A stretch of DNA of 64,000 nucleotides. It comes from Paragordius varius (taxonomy: Eukaryota > Animalia > Nematomorpha). Positions 37,362-51,119 of the stretch are shown here, piece by piece (the stretch's first letter is position 1; each line of letters starts with the position of its first letter). The notes under the pieces are model-generated. The model searched no databases, was not told where the DNA came from, and saw only the letters and a program-made list of their open reading frames with translations. A program made the translations under genes and the position numbers. The stretch lies in assembly GCA_964247055.1 (NCBI GenBank), contig OZ176056.1, forward strand, positions 2,976,001 to 3,040,000. The letters run 5' to 3'.

Positions 37362-40300
37362 ATTTTTCATGCAAAAACATCATTTTTTCAACCAAACGCA
37401 CCATTTTTTCAAGCAAACGCAACATTTTTTCAAGCAAAGGCAACAAATTTTCAAGCAAACGCAACATTTTTTCAACCAAAGACAACATTTTTTCATCCAA
37501 ACGCAACATTTTTTCAACCAAAGACAACATTTTTTCAAGCAAAAACAACACTTTTTTTAATATTACAAAAAATTACTATTTATTGTATGACAATTTAATT
37601 ATAAATTATTTATTAAATTTTAAGTTAATGTAATTTATTTTTAGCGTTGAATTATGATTTTTATCGTTTTATCATCAATATTTGATGGTAAATTAATTGA
37701 TTTTCAAACATTTTGATTTTGCCTATAAATTGCCTTATTTATTTATATTTTTCTTTTACAACTTTAGTTTCATCTATAATCAATTTATATAATTTGCACT
37801 TCAAGAGTGTCTTTGAAGGTTTAAATTTGTCCTTCACTTAAAGTTGGTCCTTACATTTTTTGCAGTTTGCATACAACCGTAATTTTTGTATGTAATTATC
37901 TTTTTTAAATTTAACCTAATATCTTTATTTATTAGTGTTTCATTCAAAATAATATTTTAATAAAAACAACTTTATTTGTTTTGAGCTTCTTCAAGTTATC
38001 AATATTATATACTAAATGTTTTAAACTAAATATTACAATCAATAACCTACGAAACTTAGATTTTTTTAAATATAGTTAAAAAAATTTTATAGAAATAATA
38101 AGGATCGGTTCTTATGAAAAAAAAGTTGCACTTCATTTAAAAGTTTAGATTAATAAAGAGAATAGGAAAAATGATAGGATAGATATATTTTATTACCTCA
38201 TTAATAAAAGGTAGAATCATAATTAAAATATTGAAGGACCAACATGAAGTGTTCATCGACCAAATTTAAATTTTTAAAGACACTCTTGAAGTTCAAATTA
38301 TATAAATTGATTATAGACGAAACTAAAGTTGTAAATGAAAAATATAAATAATATAAATAAATAAAGCAATTTATAGGCAAAATCAAAATGTTTGAAAATC
38401 AATTAATTTGCCATCAAATATTGATGATAAAACGATAAAAATCATAATTCAACGCTAAAAATAAATTACATTAACTTAAAATTTAATAAATCATTTATAA
38501 TTAAATTGTCATACAATAAATAGTTAATTTTTGTAATATTAAAAAAAGTGTTGTTTTTGCTTGAAAAAATGTTGTCTTTGGTTGAAAAAATGTTGCGTTT
38601 GGATGAAAAAATGTTGTCTTTGGTTGAAAAAATGTTGTCTTTGCTTAAAAAAATGTTGCGTTTGCTCGAAAAAATGTTGCATTTGCTTGAAAAAATGTTG
38701 CGTTTGCTTGAAAAAATGGTGCGTTTGGTTGAAAAAATGATGTTTTGGCATGAAAAATGGTATATATATACACCTTTTAAAGTTCGAATTCTCCCTTGAA
38801 CAATTCAAATTTACCTTAAAAATAAAGTATATGTTTTTGGACTAATATAACTAATTATTAATACGAAATATATGTTTTTAATTTAAAACTTATTTTTTAT
38901 TTAAGGGTGAATTAGAATTGTTCGAGGGTGAATATGAATTGTTTTAATTTCAAACATAATTTTTATTTTTCAAAAACATAAGTAATTTTTAATCTTAATA
39001 TTTTATTTAAGAGTAAAATTGAATTGTTTAAGGGTGAAATTGAATTGTAAATGGTATATATATGTAGTATAGGAGAATTATATCATAAATCGCTTGTGAA
39101 AAAACAATTAAATTTTTTTTTAATAATGTTGATACAAATTTCCATAAAAAAAATTTTTTTTAATAAAATTTTCATTTTTATATCTATTTAGAAATTTATG
39201 AAAGATCCCTATACCACAACTTTTACCGGTTTCTCCAAGGTAGCTCAATTCATGTACGATAATTTTAATCCGGTTGTAATTCCGTCGTCGCAAAATGGAT
39301 TAAATACTGCCCTTAATCAATCGATATTAAATCCCATGAATTCTGGTATATGATATAATTTATAAAGACAAAAAATGAAAACTAATTGATATATAAACCA
39401 TTTACATTTCGAATTGACCGTTATAAACAAATCAAATTTACTATAAAATAAATTATGTGTTTTTGAATTGTAAAAAATTACCTATTTTTTTAAAAAAAAA
39501 GAAATTTCGTTCAAAATTAACATAATACAGAAAAATAATAAAAATGCTAAGTTACTGTAAAAACTGATATTATACGGATAAAACCTAATATAAAGACAAA
39601 TATTTTTCAAAAAACAGCCATACCTTTTAAAACCTTAATTTTCCTATGCAAGCCATTTAATTACAATTGAATTGCCATTTCAAACAATGAGTAGTTATAT
39701 TTAAAAAATCAAGATTTAAAAATTATCATTGTCATTTGGATTTTTATATTTTTACGTTTTGACCGTATAAATCCAATTTTCCTGTATATTAGCTTAAAAC
39801 ACAAATTATTTTTGGGGTAAATTTGAATTGTTCTAGGGTGAATTTGAGATGTATATATTATATTTCAAAAAAATGACTATATATTGTAGTTTTTGTATTA
39901 TGTCAGATTACATATTGAGCAAAGAGCATTTTTTTATATCATATCCATAAAAAGCGTAGAAATAACCTTAAATCCATTAATTAAATTATAAATTAACCAT
40001 ACATAATCTACCCATACTATGTTTTTAACCTTAATTTTTTATAACCTAACTGATGAAAATTGGATAAATTTAAATAATTAAAATTGTAATTGATTAGGTT
40101 AAAAGTAACATCATAATTTGTTATTTTGCAACCATAAACGATAAGTAATATAAAAAGTAATTATTTGAAGTGAAATGATTGTTTTTTAAAAAAATATTAT
40201 TTGTATATTAGTTTATTATATTATATCTTAAAATTTCGATTTTGATTGTAATCTAAAAAAGAAATTTAAATGATTACATTTTAACATTTATTACATCTGT

Positions 40301-43300
40301 TTATAATTTATTTTTGTTTCTTTGCATAATTAGATATTAAACTATTGATAGAAAACGACAATGCTTCAATGAATGGAACCGACACCCGTAAAAATAGTCA
40401 ATCTTGCAAAATTAATACATCATCAACATTTAAGTAGAATTTATTTATAAATAATATTTTTACAATTTTATTATATAATAAATTATATTCTTGTAGGAAA
40501 CAGTTAGATTCTCAAAAAGAACAAAACAATCAAAATCAACATAATACCAATAATCATCATGGTATGTTTGTTAATGTGCTTGATTTGACCCCGGGTGAAA
40601 GTGATTTCCAACTAGTCGATTGTAATGTAAGTTTTTTTTACTTGACTTTTTACAGTAAAAAGTGAAATTTAACGGACAAAACGTAAAATTTATAAAGATA
40701 TATATTTATGTTCAAAAGGCACGTATACTTTTTTTTAAACTTAATTTTATTAAATATAACTCCTTATTTTAGATTTCAAAGTTGGAAATAGAGATGTATA
40801 ATGGTATCACAATTAATCACCTATTTTACAATTGTAATTTTATAAATTATATAAAAAATTGCGTTTAATAAAGTATGGTTGTCCTTAAAATATATATTTA
40901 TCTTTATAATTTTTGCATTTTATCGTAATGTAATAAGCAATATAAATTCACAATTAATTATTAAAATTTGAAGTTTTTTCGTTTAAATTTCAATTTTTTG
41001 AGGTTTAAAATTAATCTGTTAATACAATCAACGCTTTTTTCGTGTTATGATTTGTATAATTTAAGAAATTATATATATTTTATAAATATATTCAAAATTC
41101 TTTAAAATAAAAATATAAAATTTTGATTTGCAGATATTAACTCGAAATTTTTTTTACAAAAATTTAGATTTCAAACCTTGCTTCACTAGATCATGTAATA
41201 CCTGTGGTTAAAAGACGCTCACCCTTAACACGAAACCAATGGACTGAAGCTTTTGATATGGAAAATGATGGAATTATACCTAATGCTCAACAAATTAAAG
41301 ATACCATATTTTGGGGTGTAAGTGTTTTTTTTTTATTTTTGAACTGAAATTATTTTAATAAATTTATTATGTTTAGTAATAATTTATGTGACATAAAATT
41401 ATATTTTTTAAAAATTATTAATATGACCTTTGATTTAAATATCCCCCATTTTTTATGTTAAATTGAAATATCCCTGGGTAAGGATGAAAAATTTTGAAAT
41501 ATATTGTTTTAAAACGGCATCTTGCACTATTGTAATTACTTTGATGTTTTTTGGGTTTAATAGTTTTTATAAGCTTTTTCATCGCTAATTTATATTGCGT
41601 TAATTAAATAAAATAGTTCTTATTCCCCACATTTTTTGGTTAAAATAGTATTTAAACATGCATTAAAATATTATAAAATCAAAATTTAAAACTGATTCTC
41701 ACAAATAATTTTTATATTTATTTTTTTATAACTATCGCGTTGTTTTAAACACTATAATAAATTATATGTAACGATTTGTGTGAAAAATTAAGGTTTAAAA
41801 TTTTACACAAATAAAAAAAATTTAGTCTTAAAATAGTATTTTTTCGATTAATTGTATTAAAAATTATATATTTAAATTACCTAGGGTATTCAAAATGAAC
41901 CCAATTTACGACGTGATGCATGGAAATATTTATTGAATTATTTACCTTGGGATACTACAATCACTCAACGAATCAATATATTTAAACAACGAAAGTATAT
42001 ATAACTTTTTAAAAACTTTTTTATTTTTAGGGTTAAAATTAACAATTTGTTTAATTTGTTCTAAGAATAGAAGTTTATTAACTTTAAAACTTTTTGAAAA
42101 ATTTATTTATTCAATTTTATTATTTTTAATTTAAGAATAAAAGTGTTTTTGGAACTTTTAAATCCATAAATATTTTAGAGATGATTATTACCGTATAAAA
42201 TTGCAATGGAAGAGTATTGATGTGGAACAAGAACAAAATTTTAGCAAATTACGTGAACGTAAAAGTCTAGTAGGTAAAATTATTTTAAATTAACTTTTTA
42301 TATGATTTTTTTTGAAAAAAAATGATTAATTATAGGGTTTTTGTTATATATATATATATATATATGGTTTATATTTAATTTAACATGATAAAATAATAGA
42401 TAATAATTTTTTAATCCGTAATTTTAGTTTTTAAAATGGTTTCTAGTATTTTAAAATTACTTTATTAAATACTAATCGTTAATTTTTTTGACCTTTTTTA
42501 GCATTTGTTAATGTTTTTTTTACCTTAACTCTCTCGTTTTATTTAAAATTTCCAAAATTAGTTTAAAAAATTCGCCCCTAAAATAATTTGATAAATTTTT
42601 TATCTTAAAATTTTTAGAAAAAGATGTACATAGGACTGATAGAAATCATCCATATTACTCCACAAACCATACTAGTTCAACCCATTTAACAATGGAATAC
42701 GATATCCTTATGACATACACCATGTACAATTTCGATATTGGTAAGTTTTTGAAAAAAAAAATTGTTTGTTTTATATAGAATTAATGAAAAATTAAACTTA
42801 AAAAAAGTAGTAAAATTATTTTTTAAAAAAGGATTCACAATTTAAAAACTTATTAATCTTTATACTTTTTATAATGACCATATCAAATCTATATTTGAGT
42901 TGATTACCAATATTTACATCTCTATATCATATTTTTTAATTTTAAACGATAAATATTTGTAAAAAAATAAAGTGTTGTCTTTTTTCAAAAAAATTTCAAT
43001 TTTATGTTTTGTTTTTATAATTTAAATACTGCGCCTAGTTTAAATCAATAAAATAAAAAAATTATTCATTATGATTTCTAAAAGCTTTTCAAAGTGCGGT
43101 TTTTAACTGTTTTTGGTTTTTCCGTTAATAGAAAATTGTAAAAAAATTTTATTATATATATAACATTTACAGTTAAAATTCACCCTTGAACAATTCAAAT
43201 TCACCCTAAAAATAAATTATGTGTTTTCGAACTAATATAACTCATTATTAATATAAAATAATATATCTTTATGGCAATAATTTATTATTTTTTCAGTATT

Positions 43301-45900
43301 ATATTTTAATGTAAAACAAAATTTTATTTTTTAAATATATATAAAAATATAAGTAATTTTGAATCGTAAAACCATAGATAATTTATTAGAAGGTGAATAT
43401 GAATTGTAAATGGTATATATATATAATATATATATATATTTTAATTTTTTAAAAAATTATTAAGGTTATGTTCAAGGGATGAGTGATATTTTAACACCCA
43501 TTCTATACATTCAAGACAATGAAGTTGATGCTTTTTGGTGTTTTGTGGGAGCTATGAATTTTATAGTAATATAATTGCTTTATTAAAACAAATATTTTAT
43601 ATTCTCATGTTTTTTCAGTCAGATTAGTTTGGTTTTTTTGATACATTTATATGAAAAAAAACTATAGTAATTTATATTTTAAGGCAGGGGTCATTTACTT
43701 ATTTTTTTTGTTTTTGAGCCCAATTTCGGATTTTATATATCTTTTAAATAATCGTAAACCTTTGAATAAATCCAATTATTTATTTTAACATTTTTTAAAG
43801 AGCATAAATTCCTTTTCAAAATATTTGTCTTTTGATGCATGCATTTTGTCTAAACAAAGTTTTTGCGGTTTTGAAAATATTTTTGATTTTTGTGCGAGTA
43901 TAGCATGGAAATTTTCAAATGGATCAAGAACCGATAAAATTACAATTACGTCAATTATATGCTTTATTGGCGTTCGTTGACCCCATGTTTGCCATTTATT
44001 TGGGTAATTTTCTAAAAAAAATTTAATGAATTGAAATTTAAATTCAAATTATTAGGACATTATTTCAAACATTATAAAACATTATAAATTTTTTGTATAT
44101 AGTAAAATGTTTATTATAACCTTAATTTTTTTCGGATTATATTAACTATAGTTTTGGGTTTTGAAATAAATATATCCTAAAAATATATTATAATTTTATA
44201 AGATTTGTTATAAACAAAATCAGAAATAAAAAATATGCTTCATTTATTCAAAATAAATATACTATTTAAATCTTAATTTGTTTAATTATTTAATTTATTT
44301 TTTCTTTAGATAAACACGATTCTGGTAACATGTATTTCTGTTTTCGATGGCTCCTTATTTGGTTTAAACGAGAATTTACTTTTGATGATATATTAGGCCT
44401 TTGGGAGGTATGCTTTTTTTCTATTTGCTTAAATTTGTTCAAATTTTGGATTTATTAAGTTTAAATGTATTTTTTAGGCATGTGTTTATAATTTTAAAAT
44501 TATATAATATTTGTAAAACATAATTATTACTTTTATGATATAGTTGTATTATGCCAATTTTCAAAAATTTCTTTTTTCGAAAGTTATCTCTAGTTATAAA
44601 ATAAATTTTAATCAATTTTTTCTGCCTTATTCAAAAATTAAAATTATATAAAACACATAATTAAACGACACACTATCTTAAATAATTCATATATATCAAA
44701 ATAAGTTTATTATATGTAAAAAAGACAAATTATTTTGTTGCAAAAAAGAATATGATTAAATAGTTTTTTAAAAAAAATTCATTAGTTTTTACATTTTATC
44801 TAAATTTTAATTTTTACTGTATAAATAATTAATGTATATATCATTTAGGTTTTATGGACGGGTTTACCTTGCAAAAATTTTCATTTGATAGTTTGTTTAG
44901 CGTTGTTGGAATTTGAGAAACACACAATCATGGAAAATCGATTTGGTTTGGTTGAAATTTTGAAAGTAAAAAAATAAAATATGACATATTTAATTTTTAA
45001 TTTTATAAATATTTTATAAAAGTTTTTTTTCATAACAAAAACTTGTTAGCTATATATTTTTACAAATTTTGTGATAAAATGGTTTTAACGATACGCTTGT
45101 ATTATTTTTACCTTCTACTAAGTTAAATTATAAAATAATAAAAAAAATTTATAATACAACATATTTTTGACCATGATTTTTATATGTCTTTTAGGAGTGT
45201 GAAATTAATATTTTACAACATAAAACAATAACTGATTTTCATTTGGTTTTTTTGCTTATAAAACCATATTAGTCCTTTTTATACCTTTTATTATTTAATA
45301 TTGAGGATGAATTACTTTAAATTTAATTAAAAATTTATAGGATTATTTATGGTTTTATTGAAAAAAATTCTTTTTGTCTTTATAACTCTTTACGCATACC
45401 ACATACCTAAAATTCACCCTTGAATGCTTTTTTACCCATTTCGATTTAACTTCCGAATTTCAAGTTCACCCTAAAAATAAATTATAAATTTGAAAGTCAA
45501 AAACTACGTATATTTTTGGATCTTTTTAAAATACAAAACAACTTTGTTTAAAGTTTACATCATAGAAAAAAATGATTAAATAAACCATAACTAATATTAA
45601 GAGTGAGTAAAATTAGCCCAACAAAACCTTTATTTTTATGATGAATTTGAAATGTTTAAAGATGTTTAAGATTTGAAATTTTTATTAAATTTTTTATATT
45701 AATATTTTTTACAATAGCACATAAACGATATTGCCAACACGCTGAACCTTACAGCCATATTAGAATCGGCTCATGGAATTTGGCAAAAAATCAGTCAAGA
45801 ATATTCCAGAAATCCCAATACTTTTCCCGCCAAAATTAAAAATATATTGGGTCCTTTTTCATTCACACATGAAATTAATCCTACAACAATTGAACCTTAA
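33082..45900 (+). CDS. TBC1D15: TBC1D15/TBC1D17-family Rab GAP, about 18 exons (33082-99, 33128-229, 33288-453, 34049-642, 35202-583, 36453-570, 39192-345, 40334-434, 40497-627, 41168-317, 41886-994, 42179-273, 42618-740, 43465-564, 43903-44003, 44310-407, 44849-966, 45718-900; some ends approximate)
   Basis: KDPYTTTFTGFSKV, LRRDAWKYLLNYLPWD, YRIKLQWKSI, EKDVHRTDR (arginine finger), GYVQGMSD (glutamine finger), DAFWCF, MYFCFRWLLIWFKREF, LWEVLWTGLPCKNFHL. Confidence 0.95.
36155..36428. mobile_element. Tc1/mariner-like MITE family E (TA-CAGTAAAAA...TTTTTACTG-TA). Other copies near 24280-24555, 39553-39787, 40650-40930, 55095-55383
   Basis: Inverted ends containing ATTATACGGACAAAA and TTTGTCCGTATAAT; TA flanks; about 270 bp. 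Confidence 0.75.
37358..38763. mobile_element. 1.4-kb foldback element (family C arms, family D-like core) in a TBC1D15 intron
   Basis: 37358-about 37820 is the reverse complement of about 38280-38763. Ends TACCATTTTTCATGC; 21-bp unit TTGAAAAAATGTTGCGTTTGC. Confidence 0.9.
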
Positions 45901-46220
45901 AACATATTTTAGATTGAAAATATATATATATAGTTGCACAGAGTAATTTTTATTATTAAGTACTAACCAAAAAAGTAAATTATTAATATATTTTAAGATT
46001 TTTTAAAATTATAACAACCATCGTTTTAAAATACAATATAAATAAAAATCTACATTTGATTTTTTTTAAATTTTGCCTTTTCAATTTTAACACATCTTCT
46101 AACTGCTCATGTGCAAATATTTAATTAATATACATAAACTTTTCAAAAAGTAATTATTAATCAATATTTCATGTCTAATTTAGCCAATTTTTGAATAATT
46201 TACATAAAAATTATTATTTA

Positions 46221-46264
<44 letters not shown>

Positions 46265-46855
46265 CATTATGAATTAATTTATAAATATTACATTATGAAT
46301 TAATTTATAATACTAAATTATATGTTGCAAAAAATATGGAAATTATAACATTTTTATCAATATTATACTTACTAATAATTGTATTTATTTAACAAAATAA
46401 TAATAATAAATATCTAAATTTTACTGCTTTATTTAATATATTGTAAAAATATTTATTGTTTAAAATATAATTATTTAAAAATTGCAATTTATGGTAAAAA
46501 TTTTAATTAATTATACAAGATTCAAAGAAAGTACAAAAGTTTTTTGACCTTATTTTTCTTTTATTAAACACAATTTTAGATTTGAAGGCTAGGAATATTC
46601 ATTGATCAAAAATACAAAATTATTACTAATATTTTGACCTTAAATTTAACACTCTATGTATTATTTCATTTTAATAATGACAAAAATCAGTATTAAGATT
46701 GAAATAAAATAATAAAATATGTTTAAAAAGAGCGTTTTTTAATTATATAGAGCATTTTTTAAAAAGTCTCAAATTTGGTGGAAAATTGATTTTTATAAAC
46801 GTCAATCCCTTAATAAATTTCTTTAATAAAGGCATCAGAAAATATATAAAAAAAT

Positions 46856-49315
46856 TTATTCACACAACAAATATATTTGCTCTGTAGGTAGAGTTAAATG
46901 TAAATAATTTATATCCTCTTGACTTAGTGTTGATAAACTATTCGAATTTTCCATATTAGTTAAGGGTGTTGTTGGTGGTATAACAAATGGATTATATATG
47001 AGATTTAGTATTTCATCACTTTTAGGAATAATGTAAAATATAGGGTATTCAATGACTACGCGTTTCTTTAACACATTACACAATTTAACACTGAGATCGG
47101 GGATGTAATGATATCTAAAAAGGGTAAAAAAAATTTTTTTATTATAAGAAAGAAAAATTCAGAAACCTAAGGCATATTTATCCATGAATCAAGCAAATAA
47201 AATTATTTTAAAACAGGTTAGAAGAGATTTTAACATACAGACATGATTATAAAGTATGTATTATGCCTTTTATGACACTAGACAACAAATTTTAACTGTC
47301 ATTCTTCTAAATTTAAAATTTATTTTATTAAAGTACATAAGTAGTATATCTGAAAGAAAATTGGCCTAGCATGCAAGAATTTTTTTATATTAAAGTTTAT
47401 CGATAATTTTTGGCCCCGATTTAACATTAAATTTTAGATATGAAGCCATGTATTTTATATTTGAAAGAGCGCAAAAAACTGCATCTTTTAAATGGTAGTA
47501 AGTCGTTTAAATCAATCAAATGTAAAAGTTATTTGGATTTAAATGGTCGAAATTTTCCATCCTTAAATAAGTCAAGAATTTTCACAGACAAACTAATTTG
47601 AAAATCATATATATTGTTTTAATATAATTAATAGGATTATATTAGTATTTAATTTAAAAAATGTTTAAAAAGCTTTTGGTTTGCTTTATTAATAAAAATT
47701 ATTATTATCATAAATATTTTACCTAGTGGATAAAAATATATAGTTATAACTGTAAATTTATTACATAACGGCTTAAAATACCTTATACTTTGTGTTTATC
47801 TTTAAAATTTCAAAATTATCAGCCTCGTAATGAAATATTGATGAGATGGTAATTTTTAAAAAACAAAAAAACTCAAAAATAGCTGTTTTGAGTGTCATAA
47901 AAGCAATAAAAAAATGTTTTAACCAAACAAACTTTCTTGTGTTATCTTTTTTGGACATTCATATCAATCTAGACATAGTTTGAGCTATTTTCATAAATTT
48001 GTTTTAAAAATATATTAATTAGAAAAATGCTCGCGCGTTTGTCGCTCTATGTGTCCAATATTAACTGTCGATGTAATACATATTAGTATGCATTTTAGAG
48101 TTTTTATTACTCTTTCGAATGATATATCAAATGGGCATTACTTGTATTTTTTCAAAAAAAACATTTTTTTAGGAAAATTTTAATAAAGAGGGCACATAAT
48201 CAAAAAAATCAAATTATACAAAGTTCTTGCGTGGAGTTATAATTCTCATTTCAGATTTACTGTTAAAATGATACTAAATATCAAAAACAAAAAACTCGAG
48301 GGCAGAAAAATTTGTGGTCCAGTGTAATTAAAAAATGAATTAAAAGTTCAACTTTATAGTTTGTGAAGTATGCCGACATTCATTTAGCATATAAACATTG
48401 TATTGATCAGTGTTAGAATTGATTGCTTTAGATTGATCATTGTGTGTTTTAATACGTTTAGCTATAGGAATATTTGCATTGGGTGAAAAGGCTAAATCCA
48501 AAACTTTTTGTAAAGTAGTTTGTATTGAAAGCGTTTCGGATACGCTTTATATCACAATATATTTATAATATTACTTAATCATGGAAACGAAAATTGCAAA
48601 CTCTGAATTTAAGTTTAATTAATTTATTAAGTATATACCGCTTCTCATGGATGCAGGATTCAAGTGTGGGGAAAATCCATTTTGTATGCCATAAAAAAGT
48701 TTTTGTTCTAACAATTATCAAAAACACAACAAATGAAATTAGAAAAACAATATGACGTTGCTAAAAAGTAATTAATATAAGGGTTAGTAAGTAAAAATAA
48801 TATTTATAATTTTATTTATTTGAGAATTTATCTAACAATTTTATTATAAAAATTCTTTAAGAATAGGAGATATAAATAAATAACCTCATATCAAAAATTG
48901 TCGTGTTTTCTGAATGCCTAGTCATACCATAAGACATAACTCTGAAAAATATGTGTTGACTTCTGGCATATCGCTGCATTAACTGTACTCTTTTCGGTAA
49001 ATCGTGTGTATGGAGATAAAAATTCCGTTTGTTAGCTTCAATGTCTCTATTCACAGACTCCAGAAAATGGTAATCAGACAACATATTCCGGTCATTAAAT
49101 TCTCGTAATGGTATATATTTGGGAGAAAAGTTTTTTCCATCACAGTTGTGTTGAACTTTATGAGAGTTTACGCATATTAAGGAACAAGTTCTGGTATTAC
49201 ACTGTGGGCATTTGTATATACTTTCTTTTTCACAAATTTCACACCTAAGAAAATAAATATATAGGACTTACTTTATCAGATTAGAAAATTTTATAGGGCT
49301 AATTTCTAGGTCCAT
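46856..49315 (-). CDS. ZNHIT6: Box C/D snoRNP assembly factor BCD1/ZNHIT6, about 307 aa. Exons 49315-49272, 49244-48885, 48707-48639, 48544-48353, 47114-46856
   Basis: zf-HIT CEICEKESIYKCPQCNTRTCSLICVNSHKVQHNCDG, then NMLSDYHFLESV, GMTRHSENTT, FLWHTKWIFP and VLKKRVVIEYP. The exons sum to 924 nt in frame. Confidence 0.93.
47276..48334. mobile_element. CMC (CACTA/Chapaev3-like) non-autonomous element in ZNHIT6 intron 4
   Basis: Imperfect TIR of about 22 bp, CACTAGACAACAAATTTTAACTG and CAGAAAAATTTGTGGTCCAGTG; flanks TGA and TAA. Confidence 0.75.
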
Positions 49316-49646
49316 GCGCTTTTACCCTAAAAAGATTTTTCTGATGATTTTTGATTAACATTGACTTTTGCCTATCTTTGAAAGTTATTTTTTATTCAGA
49401 TGACATAAATAGGGAAAATTTTATACATTTTGCTAGCGCATTCTATAATAAACTTATAATTGACATCAAATTTTTCCGCTGCTTTGGTGCATTTATATAG
49501 CCTAAAAATTGGCAAATCCTAAGATAACTTAAATAATTAAAACAAGCAAAAAAAACTCCCAATTAAATTTACCGTAAAATAGATTATTAGATTCGGTATT
49601 TAATTTTCATCCATATTCGCTTGCGCCAGTTAAACATTCTACCAGA

Positions 49647-50216
49647 TTAACACTTGGACACAACACATTCATTTTAGTACTTCGATTCAAATTGGGGTAG
49701 TTAAATACCCAAGGACTGTTTGGAATTATATAAAAAATATGTAAGGAATCAACACCATGGCAAAATTTTGCACTTATATAACATTAATAAACCGAAATAG
49801 ATAAAAATTTTATTCAAATTACTTGATATAACTTATTTTAAGCTAAAACCGAAAGGTAAAAATTGAGTCAACGTGACATGTGTGCAATGGTAAAATTAAA
49901 AATAATAAAAAATAAACCGCTTTTTATATTTCTATCAATGTTAGATGCAATTTAAATAAAAAAATAGCTTTAATTTTACCTTTAAATTTATCTGAACACG
50001 ATAGCAAAAATTTTGTAAGATAAAAATGGCGTCGAAGTAGTTTGACATGGAACTTTTCAAAACATAGCTTTATTTAGATATTTTGGCTTTTTATATAATT
50101 TTTATTAGGATAGAAGCATAAATTTAAATTGGGACCGTTTCCTTCAGTAGTTTTTAAAAAATCCTAATTCAAATTTAGGCTCTATTTAGATACCCCAATT
50201 TGAAACGAAGTTTTAA
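49647..50216. mobile_element. Most complete copy of the TTAA-flanked (piggyBac-like) MITE, about 570 bp
   Basis: TTAA-CACTT at the left end, AAGT(T)-TTAA at the right; about 330 bp upstream of the ZNHIT6 ATG. Confidence 0.7.
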
Positions 50217-50829
50217 CAGTCATTCGATTCGAATTGGGGTACCCCAGACCTGTTTAAAACCAAATTCTAAAAATATGGAATAAATTAGAGTTGCAAATAT
50301 TAGCACTGACACAATGTCCAAAATAACCTGTTAAAATATATATATTCCGATAGGAAAATGTATCAGGATCATGGTGCTTTTGGGTTTTATTACAAAAATT
50401 CAAAAGTATTTAAAAATGAAGTTCTAACTTCTAATTCTGAAGAGGAAATGTTCAGCATTAATTGATATAGAATAAGGTTTTTCATAATACAGCTCTTTTA
50501 CGTTTTTATCACATGTTTAAAAATATTGAATACACTCTAACAAAAGTAGGGTAAAAATTAAATTTTTGTAACAAACATTTTCTAAAAATATATTTTTGGT
50601 ATATATAAATTTTATGGGGCCATACCGGCATTTTTGCGTTGATTTTTACAAAACTGGCTGGGTTAAAATATTTGGGACTTTTGGACTCCACTTTTAAAAT
50701 GAAACATATATATTAATGCTTTCGAAATTTGTTGTTAAAGAAAATTGCTACAGATAAATTGGGTAGGTATATTTAAAATTGTGAAAATCCTAATAATTGA
50801 ATCCTCCCTATATGCCGTAAAATGAATTT

Positions 50830-50990
50830 CCTTTGACAACATTAGTAGATCCAAAATCTTCTAGTATCACCATGTCGGGCGAAGTTAAAGGTTTAAGAAA
50901 GCATCGTCGAGGTAAAATGCGTTGGATTGATAATTTAATTAATGAAACCAAGCAAATGTAGATATCCATCACAAGTAACTGTAGCTGGCT
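50830..50990 (+). mobile_element. Degenerate RTE LINE C-terminal relic
   Basis: Plus frame reads ITMSGEVKGLRKHRRGKMRWIDNL, resembling RTE GxVEGKRxRGRxRxRWID. Confidence 0.5.
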
Positions 50991-51119
50991 ATACACTTTC
51001 GAAATAGTTACAAATTGACCCCGATCTTAGCTAAAATTACAACACAATTAAACAAAAATGTAATGAGTTAATATAGTGTAAATTCTAATCAAACCTAAAT
51101 TACAGTGATAATAACATAA

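Noticed and set aside
37279-38808. ORFs of repeated MLSLVEK / QHFFKQ heptads resembling coiled-coil or repeat proteins
   Set aside because: In-frame read-through of 21-bp MITE subterminal repeats, present on both strands and in both arms, inside an intron.
50222-50250. TTCGATTC/TTCGAAT motif suggesting a tRNA T-loop or SINE B box
   Set aside because: Part of the TTAA-MITE subterminal sequence; no cloverleaf or A box.
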